DNA of 64,000 nucleotides from contig JBBTTC010000003.1 of assembly GCA_038064435.1 (NCBI GenBank), positions 9,205-73,204 of the forward strand, in the 5' to 3' direction. The position numbers and the translations under genes were made by a program. Shown piece after piece: positions 63,627-64,000 of the stretch. A model generated the notes under the pieces. That model ran no database searches. It was not told the origin of the DNA and saw only the letters and a list, made by a program, of their open reading frames with translations. The first letter of the stretch is position 1. Every line of letters begins with the position of its first letter. This stretch comes from Patescibacteria group bacterium (GTDB taxonomy: Bacteria > Patescibacteriota > Minisyncoccia > Phycocordibacterales > JACOZG01).

Positions 63627-64000
63627 CTAATTTTTTATTTTTGGGCGGTATTGGAGGGCTTCGAGCAGGTGGTCGTCGGCGATGTCGTCGGCTTCGGCCA
63701 GGTCGGCGATGGTGCGGGCAATTTTTATGAGACGATGGTAAACGCGGGCCGAGAAATTGAGTCGGGCGGCGGCGTCATTCAATAATTTTTGACTACTTGG
63801 GCCGAGCGGCGCCACCTGTTTTAACATTTTGGGCCCCAGTTCGCTGTTGGCGCGGATGGGCAAGTTTAGCGCCCGCGCTCGAGCATTTTGCCGGGCGCGG
63901 GCGCTGGCCACGCGGCGGCCGATGGCCGCCGAACTCTCTTCGTTGTCGCTCGGTGCCGAGAGTTTTTCCGGCGCCACGGGCGGCACATCGAGCCATAGAT
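63627..64000 (-). CDS. YifB/ComM-family Mg-chelatase-like ATPase, C-terminal fragment (N-terminus beyond window end)
   Basis: C-terminal [35 protein letters not shown] is the conserved ComM/YifB tail. Confidence 0.6.
   Translation of the reverse strand, partial: LWLDVPPVAPEKLSAPSDNEESSAAIGRRVASARARQNARARALNLPIRANSELGPKMLKQVAPLGPSSQKLLNDAAARLNFSARVYHRLIKIARTIADLAEADDIADDHLLEALQYRPKIKN

Overview
This 64-kb window looks like the chromosomal origin region of a small-genome bacterium, most consistent with a CPR/Patescibacteria-like organism, although that cannot be proven from sequence alone. The supporting signs are many short proteins, RuvX, type IV pili, a Gram-positive-style T4SS next to dnaA, a DciA-like protein instead of DnaC, and several toxin-antitoxin pairs.

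Core genes recognised by their motifs:
- Replication origin cluster: dnaN, dnaA, rpmH, rnpA and yidC, with DnaA boxes between dnaN and dnaA.
- Recombination and repair: ruvA, a ruvB / yebC-like / ruvC cluster, ruvX, mutM, xth, polA and a UvrD-like helicase.
- Translation and cell wall: tyrS, PBP1A, rplS, rpsT, ksgA, tsaE, an RluA pseudouridine synthase and a SpoU methyltransferase.
- Seven tRNA genes.
- Type IV pilus machinery: a partial PilC, two PilB/GspE ATPases, PilM/N/O, a prepilin-type pilin, and two CheY-like receivers with a PAS histidine kinase next to pilB.
- Three type II toxin-antitoxin pairs: two HicAB and one RelE/DinJ.

Non-core content that deserves a second look:
1. A roughly 6.5-kb lower-GC insertion (about 8.5-15.1 kb) lies between a pilin gene and tRNA-Val/tRNA-Arg.
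   - It carries a replication-relaxation-family gene and two paralogous TraD/FtsK/HerA-like P-loop ATPases.
   - One ATPase is fused to a C-terminal AlbA_2/Schlafen-like domain.
   - The other is fused in frame to the zinc-ribbon and coiled-coil tail of a large serine recombinase and reads into tRNA-Val.
   - I read this as a decayed integrative element, possibly using AICE-like dsDNA transfer.
2. A roughly 300-bp cassette encodes a free-standing GIY-YIG nuclease and sits immediately 5' of tRNA-Ser(TGA). It is flanked by a 36-nt duplicate of the tRNA 5' half that ends at the anticodon.
3. A roughly 12-kb minus-strand cluster next to yidC encodes a minimal Gram-positive-type T4SS-like apparatus.
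   - Components: PrgI/VirB3-like, VirB4 split into two overlapping ORFs, a VirB6-like polytopic membrane protein and small pilin-like proteins.
   - Accessory proteins include a secreted beta-propeller protein and a 1146-aa secreted protein built from about 12 Gly-rich roughly 20-aa repeats.
4. Candidate RNA or structured elements:
   - a consensus sigma70 promoter followed by a roughly 90-nt transcript and an intrinsic terminator (sRNA candidate);
   - a tandem roughly 160-bp repeat containing a perfect 12-bp hairpin;
   - a 15-bp long-range inverted repeat upstream of ruvB.
5. Composition is uneven by eye: GC ranges from about 40-45% (dnaA-dnaN region, the island) to about 58-62% elsewhere. 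This should be checked for horizontal transfer or a chimeric bin.

No rRNA genes and no CRISPR arrays were seen. All coordinates were derived by hand from the sequence and the ORF track. Homology calls rest on recognised motifs, not on database searches.
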